Of a stretch of 64,000 nt of DNA, positions 1-14,261 are shown one piece after another. Source of the DNA: Octopus vulgaris. Its lineage: Eukaryota. The translations under genes were made by a program, and so were the position numbers. Numbering within the stretch: the stretch's first letter is position 1; every line of letters starts with the position of its first letter. The stretch spans positions 22,444,001-22,508,000 of the forward strand of contig OX597833.1 of NCBI GenBank assembly GCA_951406725.2, read 5' to 3'. The notes beneath the pieces were generated by a model that was not told where the DNA came from, made no database searches, and saw nothing but the letters and a program-made list of their open reading frames with translations.

Positions 1-1262
1 GCTGTCTTTAAATGTTCCAGTCTCCACCATTTTCTGTTAGATGTTCCATCATAGCTGCCACACAGGCCATTAGATGTTCCTATCACAGTTGATACAAGTG
101 TCCATTGGATGGCCAAGAAGTTCCTAAGTTGTCACCAGTTTCTTCTTTGACTTAAGATAACAAAAATCCTGAAAATGAAGCCAAACAAAGCATTTCTTTC
201 TTCTAAAGTCACCAGTCAACATTTGCAGATGTCCACATGCAAGTCCACCATAACTTCAATAATTAGTTGCATTCTATCACAATTTCCAATAGATTATATT
301 CCATTTGCAGGCATCAGCTTATATAATACATCCTACCAGACAATTATCTTCAAGATTCCATCATGTAGTTACCATCAAATAGTCACAAATATTTCATCCA
401 AAAATTGCCACCAGTCCTTTGTCAATTACAGACATCATCTGCAGAAAAAAATACCAGAAGATAAACTCACCTCTTCTTTCAGTCTAACAATTTGGCAATG
501 ATGAACCAGTCTCTTCAACATATATAGCAGTCTTAGAAGTTTACACATCATCAACAACCATCAGGTTTCATAATAGACATCACTATGTTGAGGTTCTTTT
601 TCAAGTAGCTCTTATTAGATATTTCAGAGCTGGCACCAGCCTACATAAGATTTTCAACCACACTTGCCAGTCTTCATTGTATTGCCAATCTCCATCAGAT
701 GTTCTAAAGTTGCCATTGATCTCCAGATGTCCAACAAGACTTGCTATCAGTCTCCAAATGTTCAATCAGTCAACACTACTCTCCAGATGATCCACCATAG
801 TTACCACTAGTCCCTTGTCCAACTCCTCAAATATGAAAATGTCTGAAAACAAAGCAAAAGAAACCACTTCTTTCCTCCAAATTTACCAGTCTTGTTGACA
901 TTTGTAGATGTCCAAACACGTGTGCACAGTAACTACGATAATAATTAGTTGAATTCTATCAAATATTTCGTCCAAAAGTTGCAACGAGTTGGTTATCAAC
1001 TACAGATGTCATCCACATCTAGAGAAAAAAATAGTCAAAGAAAAGCTCACCTCTTCTTTCAATCTCACTAATTGGTGATGATGAGCCAGTCTCTTCGATA
1101 CATGAAGCTGTTTCATTATGTCTTAAAGCAGACACCACTAAGCTATGCAATGATTCTTTTCTAAGCAGCGCTTATTAGGAATTCAGACCTGTCACCATTT
1201 CCATTAGTAGTTCTGCCACATTTGTCACCAGTGTGTCATATGTTCCATCACAGTCGCATCCA

Positions 1263-3110
1263 GTCACAAATCTTTTATCATAGAGCTGTCTCCAGTTAGT
1301 TGTCAATTATAGATGTCATCATTTTCTGCAAAAGAAAACCTCAGAGAAGAAAAACTCACCTCATCATTCAGCTTCACAAATCAGCATAGTCTCTGCAATA
1401 TACAAAAGTTGCCTCAGACACTCAAATCATCATCAGTCGTCAAGTTTCTTTGCAAGCATCGTTGAGGTACTTGGGAGTTTCTCTTGTGTTACCATCACTC
1501 ATCAACCGTCAAATACTGGACAAATGAAAATAGGCCTGAAATTCAAGCAAAATGTACCTCCACTTCAGTTTCCAGATGTTACATCACGGTTGGTACCCAT
1601 CTCTAGACATTACATCATGGTTGCCACCAGTCTCCATAAGATTCTATTACAATTGCCACCAGTGCCCATCAGATGATTCTATTAGTTGCCACCAGTCACT
1701 ATCACATGTTCATCTGTTGCTACCAGTCACCATCAGCTGCTCCAGCTTTTGCTACCAGTCACCATCAGATGCTCCACCTGTTGCTACTAGTCACCATCAG
1801 ATGCTCCATCTGTTGCTACCAGTCACCATCAGTTGCTCCATCAGTTGCTACCGCTCACCATCAGATGCTCCATCAGTTGCTACCAGTATTATCTCGAACT
1901 CCATGAAAATTGCTAACAGCCTTTTCTACCAATTTCCAGTAAACAAATGTTCTATTAGTAGGCACCATCTTCTACTGTATTATCCTTCAGACTATTTTCT
2001 TCATGAAGATTCAACCAAAGAGTCATCACCAATGTCACAAATCTTTTATCATAGAGCTGTCTCCAGTTAGTTGTCAATTATAGATGTCATCATTTTCTGC
2101 AAAAGAAAACCTCAGAGAAGAAAAACTCACCTCATCATTCAGCTTCACAAATCAGCATAGTCTCTGCAATATACAAAAGTTGCCTCAGACACTCAAATCA
2201 TCATCAGTCGTCAAGTTTCTTTGCAAGCATCGTTGAGGTACTTGGGAGTTTCTCTTGTGTTACCATCACTCATCAACCGTCAAATACTGGACAAATGAAA
2301 ATAGGCCTGAAATTCAAGCAAAATGTACCTCCACTTCAGTTTCCAGATGTTACATCACGGTTGGTACCCATCTCTAGACATTACATCATGGTTGCCACCA
2401 GTCTCCATAAGATTCTATTACAATTGCCACCAGTGCCCATCAGATGATTCTATTAGTTGCCACCAGTCACTATCACATGTTCATCTGTTGCTACCAGTCA
2501 CCATCAGCTGCTCCAGCTTTTGCTACCAGTCACCATCAGATGCTCCACCTGTTGCTACTAGTCACCATCAGATGCTCCATCTGTTGCTACCAGTCACCAT
2601 CAGTTGCTCCATCAGTTGCTACCGCTCACCATCAGATGCTCCATCAGTTGCTACCAGTATTATCTCGAACTCCATGAAAATTGCTAACAGCCTTTTCTAC
2701 CAATTTCCAGTTAAACAAATGTTCTATTAGTAGGCACCATCTTCTACTGTATTATCCTTCAGACTATTTTCTTCATGAAGATTCAACCAAAGAGTCATCA
2801 CCAATGTCACAAATCTTTTATCATAGAGCTGTCTCCAGTTAGTTGTCAATTATAGATGTTCATCCATTTTCTGCAAAAGAAAACCTCAGAGAAGAAAAAC
2901 TCACCTCATCATTCAGCTTCACAATGATCAGCATAGTCTCTGCAATATACAAAGTTGCCTCAGACACTCAAATCATCATCAGTCGTCAAAGTTTCTTTGC
3001 AAGCATCGTTGAGGTACTTGGGAGTTTCTCTTGTGTTACCATCACTCATCAACCGTCAAATACTGGACAAATGAAAATAGGCCTGAAATTCAAGCAAAAT
3101 GTACCTCCAC
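1263..3110. repeat. Near-perfect 771-bp tandem duplication (2 copies plus partial third)
   Basis: GTCACAAATCTTTTATCATAGAGCTGTCTCCAG at 1263, 2034 and 2806. ORFs at 1552 and 2323 are identical over most of their length and offset by 771. Confidence 0.92.
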
Positions 3111-6100
3111 TTCTATCATGAGCTTGGCAATATCACCGTTTGCACATTCCATTACAGCTGTCACTAATGTTCCACGATTTTCTGTTAGACATTCTATCGC
3201 AGCTTCCAAAGATTCCAGTAGATGTTCTGTCAGTTGTTACAAGTGTCCATTAGATGCTCCACCAGATACCAGTCTCCATTAGAAGTTATGAAGTCGTCGC
3301 AAATCTCTTGTTTGATGTATTAGATACCAAAAAGGCTAGATATAAAGCAAAACAAACCACTTCTTTCCTCAAAAGTTGCCCAACATTTGCAGATGTCCAA
3401 ACGCATGTCCACAGTATCTACCATAATAATCATCAGTTGAATTCCATCACAAATATTCCATCCAAAGTTGTCACCAGTTGGCTGTCAATTGCAGATGTCA
3501 TCCACATCTACAGAGAAAAAAAATACACAAAGAAAAACTCACCCCTTCTTTCAGCCTCACGATTCAACAATGATGAGCCACATTCTCTTCAACATATAAA
3601 GCTATCTCAAAGTTCACAAATCATCATGCTTCACATTGTCCTATCAAAGTTGCCAGTCTCCATCAGATGTGCTAAAGTTGCCAACAGCCTCCAGATGTTT
3701 CACGACTTGCCATCAGTCCCCAAATGTTCAATCAGTCGACACTACTCTCCAGATGAAACACCATAGTTGCCACTAGTCCCTTGTCCAACTACTTAAATAT
3801 GAAAATGTCTGAAAACAAAGCAAAAGAAACCACTTCTTTCCTCCAAATTTACCAGTCTTGTTGACATTTGTAGATGATCAAGTCAGGGCTGCATTCCATC
3901 ACAAGTGCAAAGAGATTCCATTAGATATTCTACTGGTCCACACTAGCTTCCTCCAATTTATCATGAATCTTCTATCACATAGTTATCACAAGTTGGTTGT
4001 CAATTGTAGATGTGATCCTTATCTGCAACAGAAAATATCTCAAAAGCAAATCTCACCTCTTCTTTCAATCTAATTGGTGATGAGCAAGTCTCTTCGATAC
4101 ATGAAGCTGTTCCAGAAGTCCAGATCTTTATGTCTCACAGTAGTCACCTCTAAGCTATGCAGTTATTCTTTTCTAAGCAGCTCTAATTAGGTATGCAAAC
4201 CTGTCACCAGAATCCATTAGTTGCTCTGCCAGTTGATACCAGTCTGTCATATGCTCCATCTCTGTTGCATCCAGTGTCCATCAGATGGTTTGTCACCATT
4301 TCCATTACTTGTTCCACTACAACTTCCGATATCTATTAGACGCTCCACCACAAATCCCATTGGTAATCTTATGTTCCATCAATTTGCATATGCTCGATCA
4401 CAGCAGCCATCACTCTTCTTCACAGATACCACCAGCTTCTTGTCTGATTCATTAGGTATTGAAAAGCCTGAAAATGAAGTAAAATGAGCTACCTCTTTCC
4501 TCCTAAGTTATTGGTCCTTTCAAAATTTGATGTCATCTTGATTTGCAAACGAAAATACTTGAAAAAAGAAAGTGATCAGTTTCCAGATGTTACATCACGG
4601 TTGGTACCCATCTCTAGACATTACATCATGGTTGCCACCAGTCTCCATAAGATTCTATTACAATTGCCACCAGTGCCCATCAGATGATTCTATTAGTTGC
4701 CACCAGTCACTATCATATGCTCCATCAGTTGCTACCAGTCACCATCAGCTGCTCCATCTGTTGCTACCAGTCACCATCAGATGCTCCATCTGATGTTCCA
4801 TCACAGTTGCTCCCCATCTCCATCAAATGTTCAAAAGATGCATCCAGTTTGTCTCACCAATTACGTAAACAAAATAGCATGAACATGAAAGTAAGCGAAC
4901 CACTTCTTGCCACCAAACTCATCAGCTCTGGTTGTAATCTGGACTTGCATTCCATCAAAATTGCTAACAGCCTTTTCTACCAATTTCCAGTTAATAAATA
5001 TTCTATTAGCATGTACCATCTTCTATTGTATTATCCATCAGACTATTTTCTTCATGAAGATTCCATCGGAGTCACCACCAATGTCACAAATCTTCCATCA
5101 CACAGCTGTCTCCAGTTAGTTGTCAATTACAGATGTTATCCTTTTCTGCAAAAGAAAACCTCAGAAAAGAAAAACTCACCTCATTCAGCCTCACAAATCA
5201 GCAATGATGAGCCATAGTCTCGACAATACACAAAGTTGCTTCAGACACTCAAATCATCATCCACCATCAAATTTCACTGTAAGCATCGTTGAGGTACTTG
5301 GGAGTTTCTCTTGTGTTACCATCACTCATCAACCGTCAAATACTGGACAAATGAAAATAGGCCTGAAATTCAAGCAAAATGTACCTCCACTTCTATCATG
5401 AGCTTGGCAATATCACCGTTTGCACATTCCATTACAGCTGTCACTAATGTTCCACGATTTTCTGTTAGACATTCTATCGCAGCTTCCAAAGATTCCAGTA
5501 GATGTTCTGTCAGTTGTTACAAGTGTCCATTAGATGCTCCACCAGATACCAGTCTCCATTAGAAGTTATGAAGTCGTCGCAAATCTCTTGTTTGATGTAT
5601 TAGATACCAAAAAGGCTAGATATAAAGCAAAACAAACCACTTCTTTCCTCAAAAGTTGCCAGTCAACATTTGCAGATGTCCAAACGCATGTCCACAGTAG
5701 CTACCATAATAATCATCAGTTGAATTCCATCGCAAATATTCCATCCAAGGTTGTCACCAGTTGGCTGTCAATTGCAGATGTCATCCACATCTACAGAGAA
5801 AAAAAATACACAAAGAAAAACTCACCCCTTCTTTCAGCCTCACGATTCAACAATGATGAGCCACATTCTCTTCAACATATAAAGCTATCTCAAAGTTCAC
5901 AAATCATCATGCTTCACAATGTCCTATCAAAGTTGCCAGTCTCCATCAGATGTGCTAAAGTTGCCATCCATCTCCAAATGTTCAAGACTTGCTATCAGTC
6001 TCCAAATGTTCAATCAGTCAACACCACTCTCCAGATGAAACACCATAGTTGCCATTTCTTCCTTGTCCAACTTATTAAATATGAAAATGTCTGAAAACAA

Positions 6101-9100
6101 AACAAAAGAAACCACTTCTTTCTTCCTAATTTACCAGTCTTGTTGACATTTGTAGATGATCAAGTCAGGGCAGTAATAACTTTGGTAAGAATTAGTTGCA
6201 TTCCATTAGATATTCTACTGGTCCACACTAGCTTCCTCCAATTCATCATGGATCTTCTATCACATAGTTATCACAAGTTGGTTGTCAATTGTAGATGTGA
6301 TCCTTATCTGCAACAGAAAATATCTCAAAAGCAAATCTCACCTCTTCTTTCAATCTAATTGGTGATGAGCAAGTCTCTTCGATACATGAAGCTGTTCCAG
6401 AAGTCCAGATCTTTATGTCTTACAGTAGTCACCTCTAAGCTATGCAGTTATTCTTTTCTAAGCAGCTCTAATTAGGTATGCAAACCTGTCACCAGAATCC
6501 ATTAGTTGCTCTGCCAGTTGATACCAGTCTGTCATATGCTCCATCTCTGTTGTATCCAGTGTCCGTCAGATGGTTTGTCACCATTTCCATTAATTGTTCC
6601 ACTACAACTTCCGATATCTATTAGACGCTCCTCCACTGATGCCATTGGTAATCTGATGTTCCATCACAGTTGCCATCAATTTGCAGATGCTCCATCACTC
6701 TTCTTCACAGATACCACCAGCTTCTTGTCTGATTCATTAGGTATTGAAAAGCCTGAAAATGAAGTAAAATAAGCGACCTCTTTCCTACTAAGTTTTTGGT
6801 CCTTTCAAAATTTGATGTCATCCTCATTTGCAAACGAAAATACTTGAAAAAAGAAAGTGATCAGTTTCCAGATGTTACATCACGGTTGGTACCCATCTCT
6901 AGACATTACATCATGGTTGCCACCAGTCTCCATAAGATTCTATTACAATTGCCACCAGTGCCCATCAGATGATTCTATTAGTTGCCACCAGTCACTATCA
7001 TATGCTCCATCAGTTGCTACCAGTCACCATCAGATGCTCCATCAGTTGCTACCAGTCACCATCAGCTGCTCCATCTGTTGCTACCAGTTACCATCAGATG
7101 CTCCATCTGTTGCTACCAGTCACCATCAGATGTTCCATCACAGTTGCTCCCCATCTCCATCAATTGTTCAAAAGATGCATCCAGTTTGTCTCACCAATTA
7201 CGTAAACAAAATAGCATGAACACGAAAGTAAGCAAACCACTTCTTGCCACCAAACTCATCAGTTCTGGTTGTAATCTGGACTTGCATTCCATCAAAATTG
7301 CTAACAGCCTTCTCTACCAATTTCCAGTTAATAAATATTCTATTAGCATGTACCATCTTCTATTGTATTATCCATCAGACTATTTTCTTCATGAAGATTC
7401 CATCGGAGTCACCACCAATGTCACAAATCTTCCATCATACAGCTGTCTCCAGTTAGTTGTCAATTACAGTTGTTATCCTTTTCTGCAAAAGAAAACCTCA
7501 GAAAAGAAAAACTCACCTCATTCAGCCTCACAAATCAGCAATGATGAGCCATAGTCTCGACAATACACAAAGTTGCTTCAGACACTCAAATCATCATCCA
7601 CCATCAAATTTCACTGTAAGCATCGTTGAGGTACTTGGGAGTTTCTCTTGTGTTACCATCACTCATCAACCGTCAAATACTGGACAAATGAAAATAGGCC
7701 TGAAATTCAAGCAAAATGTACCTCCACTTCTATCATGAGCTTGGCAATATCACCGTTTGCACAATCCATTACAGCTGTCACTAATGTTCCACGATTTTCT
7801 GTTAGACATTCTATTGCAGCTTCCAAAGATTCCAGTAGATGTTCCGTCAGTTGCCACAAGTTTCCATTGGATGCTCCACCAGATACCAGTCTTCACCTAG
7901 AAGTTATGAAGTCGTCGCAAGTCTCTTGTTTGATGTATTAGATACCAAAAAGCCTAGGAATGAAGCAAAACAAACCACTTCTTTCCTCCAAAGTTGCCAG
8001 TCAACATTTGCAGATGTTCAAACGCATGTTCACAGTAGCTACCATAATAATCATCAGTTGAATTCCATTGCAAATATTCCATCCAAAGTTGTCACCAGTT
8101 GGCTGTCAATTGCAGATGTCATCCACATCTACAGAGAAAAAAAATACACAAAGAAAAACTCACCCCTTCTTTCAGCCTCACGATTCAACAATGATGAGCC
8201 ACATTCTCTTCAACATATAAAGCTATCTCAAAGTTCACCAATCATCATGCTTCACAATGTCCTATCAAAGTTGCCAGTCTCCATCAGATGTGCTAAAGTT
8301 GCGATCCATCTCCAAATGTTCAAGACTTGCCATCAGTCTCCAAATGTTCAGTCAACACTACTCTCCAGATGATCCACCATAGTTGCCATTTCTTCCTTGT
8401 CCAACTTATTAAAGATGAAAATGTCTGAAAACAAAACAAAAGAAACCACTTCTTTCTTCCTAATGTACCAGTCTTGTTGACATTTGTAGATGATCAAGTC
8501 AGGGCAGTAATAACTTTGGTAAGAATTAGTTGCATTCCATCACAAGGGCAAGCAGATTTCATTAGATATTCTACTGGTCCACACTAGCTTCCTCCAATTC
8601 ATCATGTATCTTCTATCACATAGTTATCACAAGTTGGTTGTCAATTGTAGATGCGATCCTTATCTGCAACAGAAAATATCTCAAAAGCAAAACTCACCTC
8701 TTTTTTCAATCTAAGTAATTGGTGATGAGGCAGTCTCTTCGATACATGAAGCTGTTCCAGAAGTCCAGATCATTTTGCCTCATGGTAGTCACCTCTAAGC
8801 TATGCAGTGATTCCTTTCTAAGCAGTTCTAGGCATTCAGACCTGTCACCAGAATCCATTAGTTGCTCTGCCAGCCGATACCAGTCTGTCATATGCTCCAT
8901 CTCTGTTGCATCCAGTGTCCATCAGATGGTTTGTCACCATTTCCATTACTTGTTCCACTACAACTTCCGATATCTATTAGACGCTCCACCACAAATCCCA
9001 TTGGTAATCTTATGTTCTATCAATTTGCATATGCTCGATCACAGCAGCCATCACTCTTCTTCACAGATACCACCAGCTTCTTGTCTGATTCATTAGGTAT

Positions 9101-9344
9101 TGAAAAGCCTGAAAATGAAGTAAAATGAGCTACCTCTTTCCTCCTAAGTTATTGGTCCTTTCAAAATTTGATGTCATCTTGATTTGCAAACGAAAATACT
9201 TGAAAAGAGAAAGTTCAGTCTCCAGATGTTACATCACGGTTGGTACCCATCTCTAGACATTACATCATGGTTGCCACCAGTCTCCATAAGGTTCTATTAC
9301 AATTGCCACCAGTGCCCATCAGATGATTCTATTACAGTTGCCAC

Positions 9345-9630
9345 CAGTCACTATCATATGCTCCATCAGTTGCTACCAGTCACCATCGGATGCTCCATCT
9401 GTTGCTACCAGTCACCATGAGATGCTCCATCTGTTGCTACCAGTCACCATCGGACGCTCCATCTGTTGCTACCAGTCACCATGAGATGCTCCATCTGTTG
9501 CTACCAGTCACCATGAGATGCTCCATCTGTTGCTACCAGTCACCATCAGATGCTCCATCAGTTGCTACCAGTCACCATCAGATGCTCCATCTGTTGCTAC
9601 CAGTCACCATCAGATGTTCCATCACAGTTG
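9345..9630. repeat. 32-bp minisatellite (CAGATGCTCCATCTGTTGCTACCAGTCACCAT)n, with copy number varying between macro-units
   Basis: About 8 tandem copies here; fewer in the equivalent position at ~4715-4800, ~7000-7140 and ~1700-1890. Confidence 0.9.
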
Positions 9631-12600
9631 CTCCCCATCTCCATCAAATGTTCAAAAGATGCATCCAGTTTGTCTCACCAATTACGTAAACAAAATAGCA
9701 TGAACATGAAAGTAAGCGAACCACTTCTTGCCACCAAACTCATCAGTTCTGGTTGTAATCTGGACTTGCATTCCATCAAAATTACTAACAGCCTTTTCTA
9801 CCAATTTCCAGTAAATAAATATTCTATTAGCCGGTACCATCTTCTACTGTATTATCCATCAGACTATTTTCTTCATGAAGATTCCATCTGAGTCACCACC
9901 AATGTCACAAATCTTCCATCATACAGCTGTCTCCAGTTAGCTGTCAATTACAGAAGTCATCCTTTTCTGCAAAAAAAAACCTCAGAAAAGAAACTCACCT
10001 CATCATTCAGCCTCACAAATCAGCAATGATGAACCATAGTCTCTGCAATATACAAAGTTGCCTCAGACGCTCGAATCATCGGCCATCAAGTTTCATTGTA
10101 AGCATCATTGAGGCACATGGAGTTTTTCTTGTGTTACCATCACTTGTCAACTGTCAAATACTGGACAAAGGCGAATAGGCCTGAAATTCAAACAAAATAT
10201 ACCTCCACTTCTACCATTAGCTTGGCAACATCACTATTTGTAAATTCCATTACAGCTGTCACTAAATGTTCCATAGCTTCTTCCATTTTCCGTTAGACGT
10301 TCTATCGCAGCTACCAAAGATTCCAGAAGAATGTTCCGTCACAGTGACCACAAGTGTACATTGGATGCTCCACCAGATACCAGTCTCCAGATGCTACATC
10401 ATGGTTGCCACCAGTCTCCAGACATTACATCATGGTTGCCATCAGACGTTACAACATGGTTGCTGACAGTTTCCATCAGACTATTCTATTGCAGTTGCCA
10501 CCAGTCTATCAAATGTTCCATCACAGTTGCCACCAGTCACCATCAGATGTTCCATTACGTTCAATCAAAATTCTCCTCATGAACATTCTACCTTAGAGTC
10601 ACCACTAATATCACAAATCTTCTATCAAACTGCTGTCTCCAATTAATTGTCAATTACAGATGTTATCCTTTTCTGCAAAAGAAAACCTCAGAAAAGAAAG
10701 ACTCACCTCATTCAGCCTCAAGTCAACAATGATGAGCCATAGTCTCGACAGTACACAAAGTTGCTTCAGACACTCAAATCATCATCCACCATCAAATTTC
10801 ACCGTAAGCATCTTTGAGGTACTTGGTGTTTCTCTTGTGTTACCATCACTCATCAACCATCAAATACTGGACAAATGAGAATAGGCCTGAAATTCAAGCA
10901 AAATATACCTCCACTTCTATTATGAGTTTGGCAACATCACTCTTTGCACATTCCATTACAGCAGTTGCTAATGTTCCACAGCTTCTACAATTTTCTGTTA
11001 GACGTTCTATCATAGCTACCAAAGATTCTAGATGTTGTCAGTTGCTACAGGTCTCCATTAGATGCTCCACAAGATACCAGTCTATTAGAAGTTATGAAGT
11101 CCCAAAAAGCCTGGAAATAAAGCAAAACAAACCACTTCTTTCCTCCAAAGTTGCCAGTCAACATTTGCAGATGTCCAAATGCATGTTCACAGTAGCTACA
11201 ATAATAATCATCAGTTGAATTCCATCGCAAATATTCCATCCAAAAGTTGTCACCAGTTGGTTGTCAATTACAGATGTCATCCACATCTACATAAAAAAAA
11301 AATACTCAAAGAAAAACTCACCCCTTCTTTCAGCCTCACGATTCAACAATGATGAGCCACATTCTCTTAACATATAAAGCTATCTCAAAGTTCACAAATC
11401 ATCATACTTCACATTGTCCTATCAAAGTTGCCAGTCTCCATCAGATGTGCTAAAGTTGCCAACAGCCTCCAGATGTTTCACGACTTGCCATCAGTCCCCA
11501 AATGTTCAATCAGTCGACACTACTCTCCAGATGAAACACCATAGTTGCCATTTCTTCCTTGTCCAACTTATTAAATATGAAAATGTCTGAAAACAAAACA
11601 AAAGAAACCACTTCTTTCTTCCTAATTTACCAGTCTTGTTGATATTTGTAGATGATCAAGTCAGGGCAGTAATAACTTTGGTAAGAATTAGTTGCATTCC
11701 ATCACAAGTGCAAGCAGATTTCATTAGATATTCTACTGGTCCACACTAGCTTCCTCCAATTCATCATGAATCTTCTATCACATAGTTATCACAAGTTGGT
11801 TGTCAATTGTAGATGTGATCCTTATCTGCAACAGAAAATATCTCAAAAGCAAAACTCACCACTTCTTTCAATGTCACTAATTGGTGATGAGCAAGTCTCT
11901 TCGATACATGAAGCTGTTCCAGAAGTCCAGATCATCATCTCTCACGGTAGACACCAGTAAGCTATGCAGTGATTCCTTTCTAAGCAGTTCTAATCATTCA
12001 GACCTGTCACCAGCTGCCATTAGTTGTTCTGCAAGTTGATACCAGTCTGTCATATGTTCCATCTCAGTTGCATTCAGTGTCTGTCAGACAGTTCATCACC
12101 ATTTCCATCTATTTCTCCACTACAATTGCTGATAACTACTAGACACTCCTGAATAGATGACATTGGTAATCTGTACCATCACTGTTGCCATCAATTTCAA
12201 GATGCTCCATCACAGTAGCCATTACTCTTCTTCACAGATACCACCAGCTTCTTGTCAGATTCTTTAGATATTGGAAAGCCTGAAAAATGAAGTAAAATGA
12301 CGGACCTCTTTCCATGTTATTGGTCCTGTCAACACTTGATGTCATCCCATTTGCAAACGAAAATACTCGAAAAGAGAAAGTGATCAGTCTCCAAGTGTTA
12401 CCCATCTCCAGACATTACATCACAGTTGCCACCAGATTATCGAATGTTCCATCACAGATGCCACCAGTCATCACATGTTCCATCACAATTGCCAGTCACC
12501 ATCAGATGCTCCCCATCTCCATCAAATGTTCCAGCGATGCCTCCAGTTTGTCTCACCAATTATATAAACATATTTCCAGTAAATAAATGTTCTATTAGCA

Positions 12601-14261
12601 GGCACCATCTTGTACAGCATTATCCACCAGAAAATTCTCATGAAGATTCAACCAAAAAGTCACCACCAACATCACAAATCTTCTATCATACAGCTGTCTC
12701 CAGTTAGTTGACAATTACAGATAACTTTTTCTGCAAAAGAGGACCTCAGAAAAGAAAAACTCACCTCTTCAGTATCTGCAATATACAAAGTTGCCTCAGA
12801 CACTCAAAACATCAGCCATCAAGTTTCATCATAAGCATCATTGAGGTACTTGGAGTTTCTCTAGTGTTACCATCATGCGTGAACCACTAAATACTGCACA
12901 AATGAGAATAAGCCTGAAATTCAAACAATTCATCTCCACCTCTATCATGAGCTTGGCAACGCCACCATTTGCACATTCCATTACAGCTATCACTAGATGT
13001 TCTAGTTTCTACCATTTTCCATTAGACCTTTCATAGTTGTTCCTATCACAGTTGCCACAACTGTCCACTACAGATGCTAGTTTCCATTAGAAGCTCAATA
13101 GTTGTCACAAGTTTGTCTCAAGATACCAAAAATCCTGAAAATGAAGCAAAACAAACCACCACTTCCCTCCAAAGTCACCAGTCAACATTTGCAGATATTC
13201 AAACACATGCACACAATAACTTCGATAATTATTAGTTGCATTTTATCACAACTGCCACCAACCTTCATTACATGGTCCATCTCCTTCTTGTCAATTTTCA
13301 GCAGACTATGTTCTATTTGCCAGGCGTCAGCTTACATAATACATCTCACCAGACAATTATCATCAAGATTCTAGCATGTAGTTACCATCAATTTATCACA
13401 AACATTCCATTAGCAATTTCTCGCAAGCTGGTTGTTAATTCCATGTCATCATCATGTGCAGAAAAAAATTTACTACAGAAGAAAAGCTCACCTCTCCTTT
13501 CAGTCTCACAATTCGGCAATAATGAACTAGTCTCTTCAACAAAGTAGTCTCAGAATTTCACAAATCACTAACCATCAGGTTTCACAATAGACATCACTAT
13601 GTTGAGGTTCTTTTGTACGCAACTTTCACTAGGTATTTCAGAGCAGTTACCCCAGCGTCCATCAGATGTTCTACCATGCTTGCCACCAGTTTTCATTATG
13701 TTCCATCACAGTTGCCAGTCTCCATCAGATGTGCCAAAGTTGCTATCAGTCTCCAGTTTTTCAATTACAGTTGTCAACAGTCTCCAGCCGTCACTATATG
13801 TTGTCACCAGTTTGTCTGACATGTCCGATACCAAAAGGACTGAAAATGAAGCAAAACCAACCACTTCTTTCCTCCAAAGTCAACATTTGCAGTAGTCCAA
13901 AGAAAGGTTCACCATAACAGTAATAATTAGTTGCATTACAACACAATTGCCACCAATCTCTTTTACATGTTCCCTATTTGCCAATTTCCAGTAGACTATG
14001 TTCTATTAGTAGTCATCAGCTTCCATATTATATCCACTAGACAATTATCTTCAAGGAGGTTCTACCATTTTGTCATTAGTTGATAGATAGTATATCCTCA
14101 TCTGCAAAAGAAAATTTCTGAAAAGAGAAACTCACTTTTTTTTTTTCCAGTTCCAAAAATCAACATGTGTGAATCATTTCAGTTGTAAGTGGAGATTCTT
14201 TTGTTAGCTTCCCTAATGCATTCCAGAATTGTAATCAGCTTTCATAAACATTGTATCAGTT

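Larger units (their letters stand above)
1..14160. repeat. Hierarchical non-coding tandem array (macrosatellite): ~2.0-2.5 kb higher-order units made of diverged ~0.5 kb subunits, themselves built on an AGATGTTCCATCACAGTTGCCACCAGTC-like motif
   Basis: The anchor TACTGGACAAATGAAAATAGGCCTGAAATTC recurs at 3061, 5341 and 7678, with variants at ~10157, ~10865 and ~12892. Near-identical plus-strand shadow ORFs repeat (3031/5311/7648; 4221/6506/8862). Copies differ by frame-breaking indels. Confidence 0.92.

Noticed and set aside
5180-5362. TGA-readthrough coding of the minus-strand 'exons'
   Set aside because: Two different frames show only TGA stops, so this reflects base composition, and paralogous units carry frameshifting indels.
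498-11890. Recurrent RTGATGA (C-box-like) motifs suggesting a C/D snoRNA array
   Set aside because: No D box (CTGA) at a consistent distance and no terminal stems; the motif is on the strand opposite the splice signals.
175-13917. Numerous plus-strand ORFs of 60-190 aa
   Set aside because: They overlap in all three frames, derive from repeats whose units are not multiples of 3, and shift frame between copies; they are shadow ORFs of a stop-poor strand.
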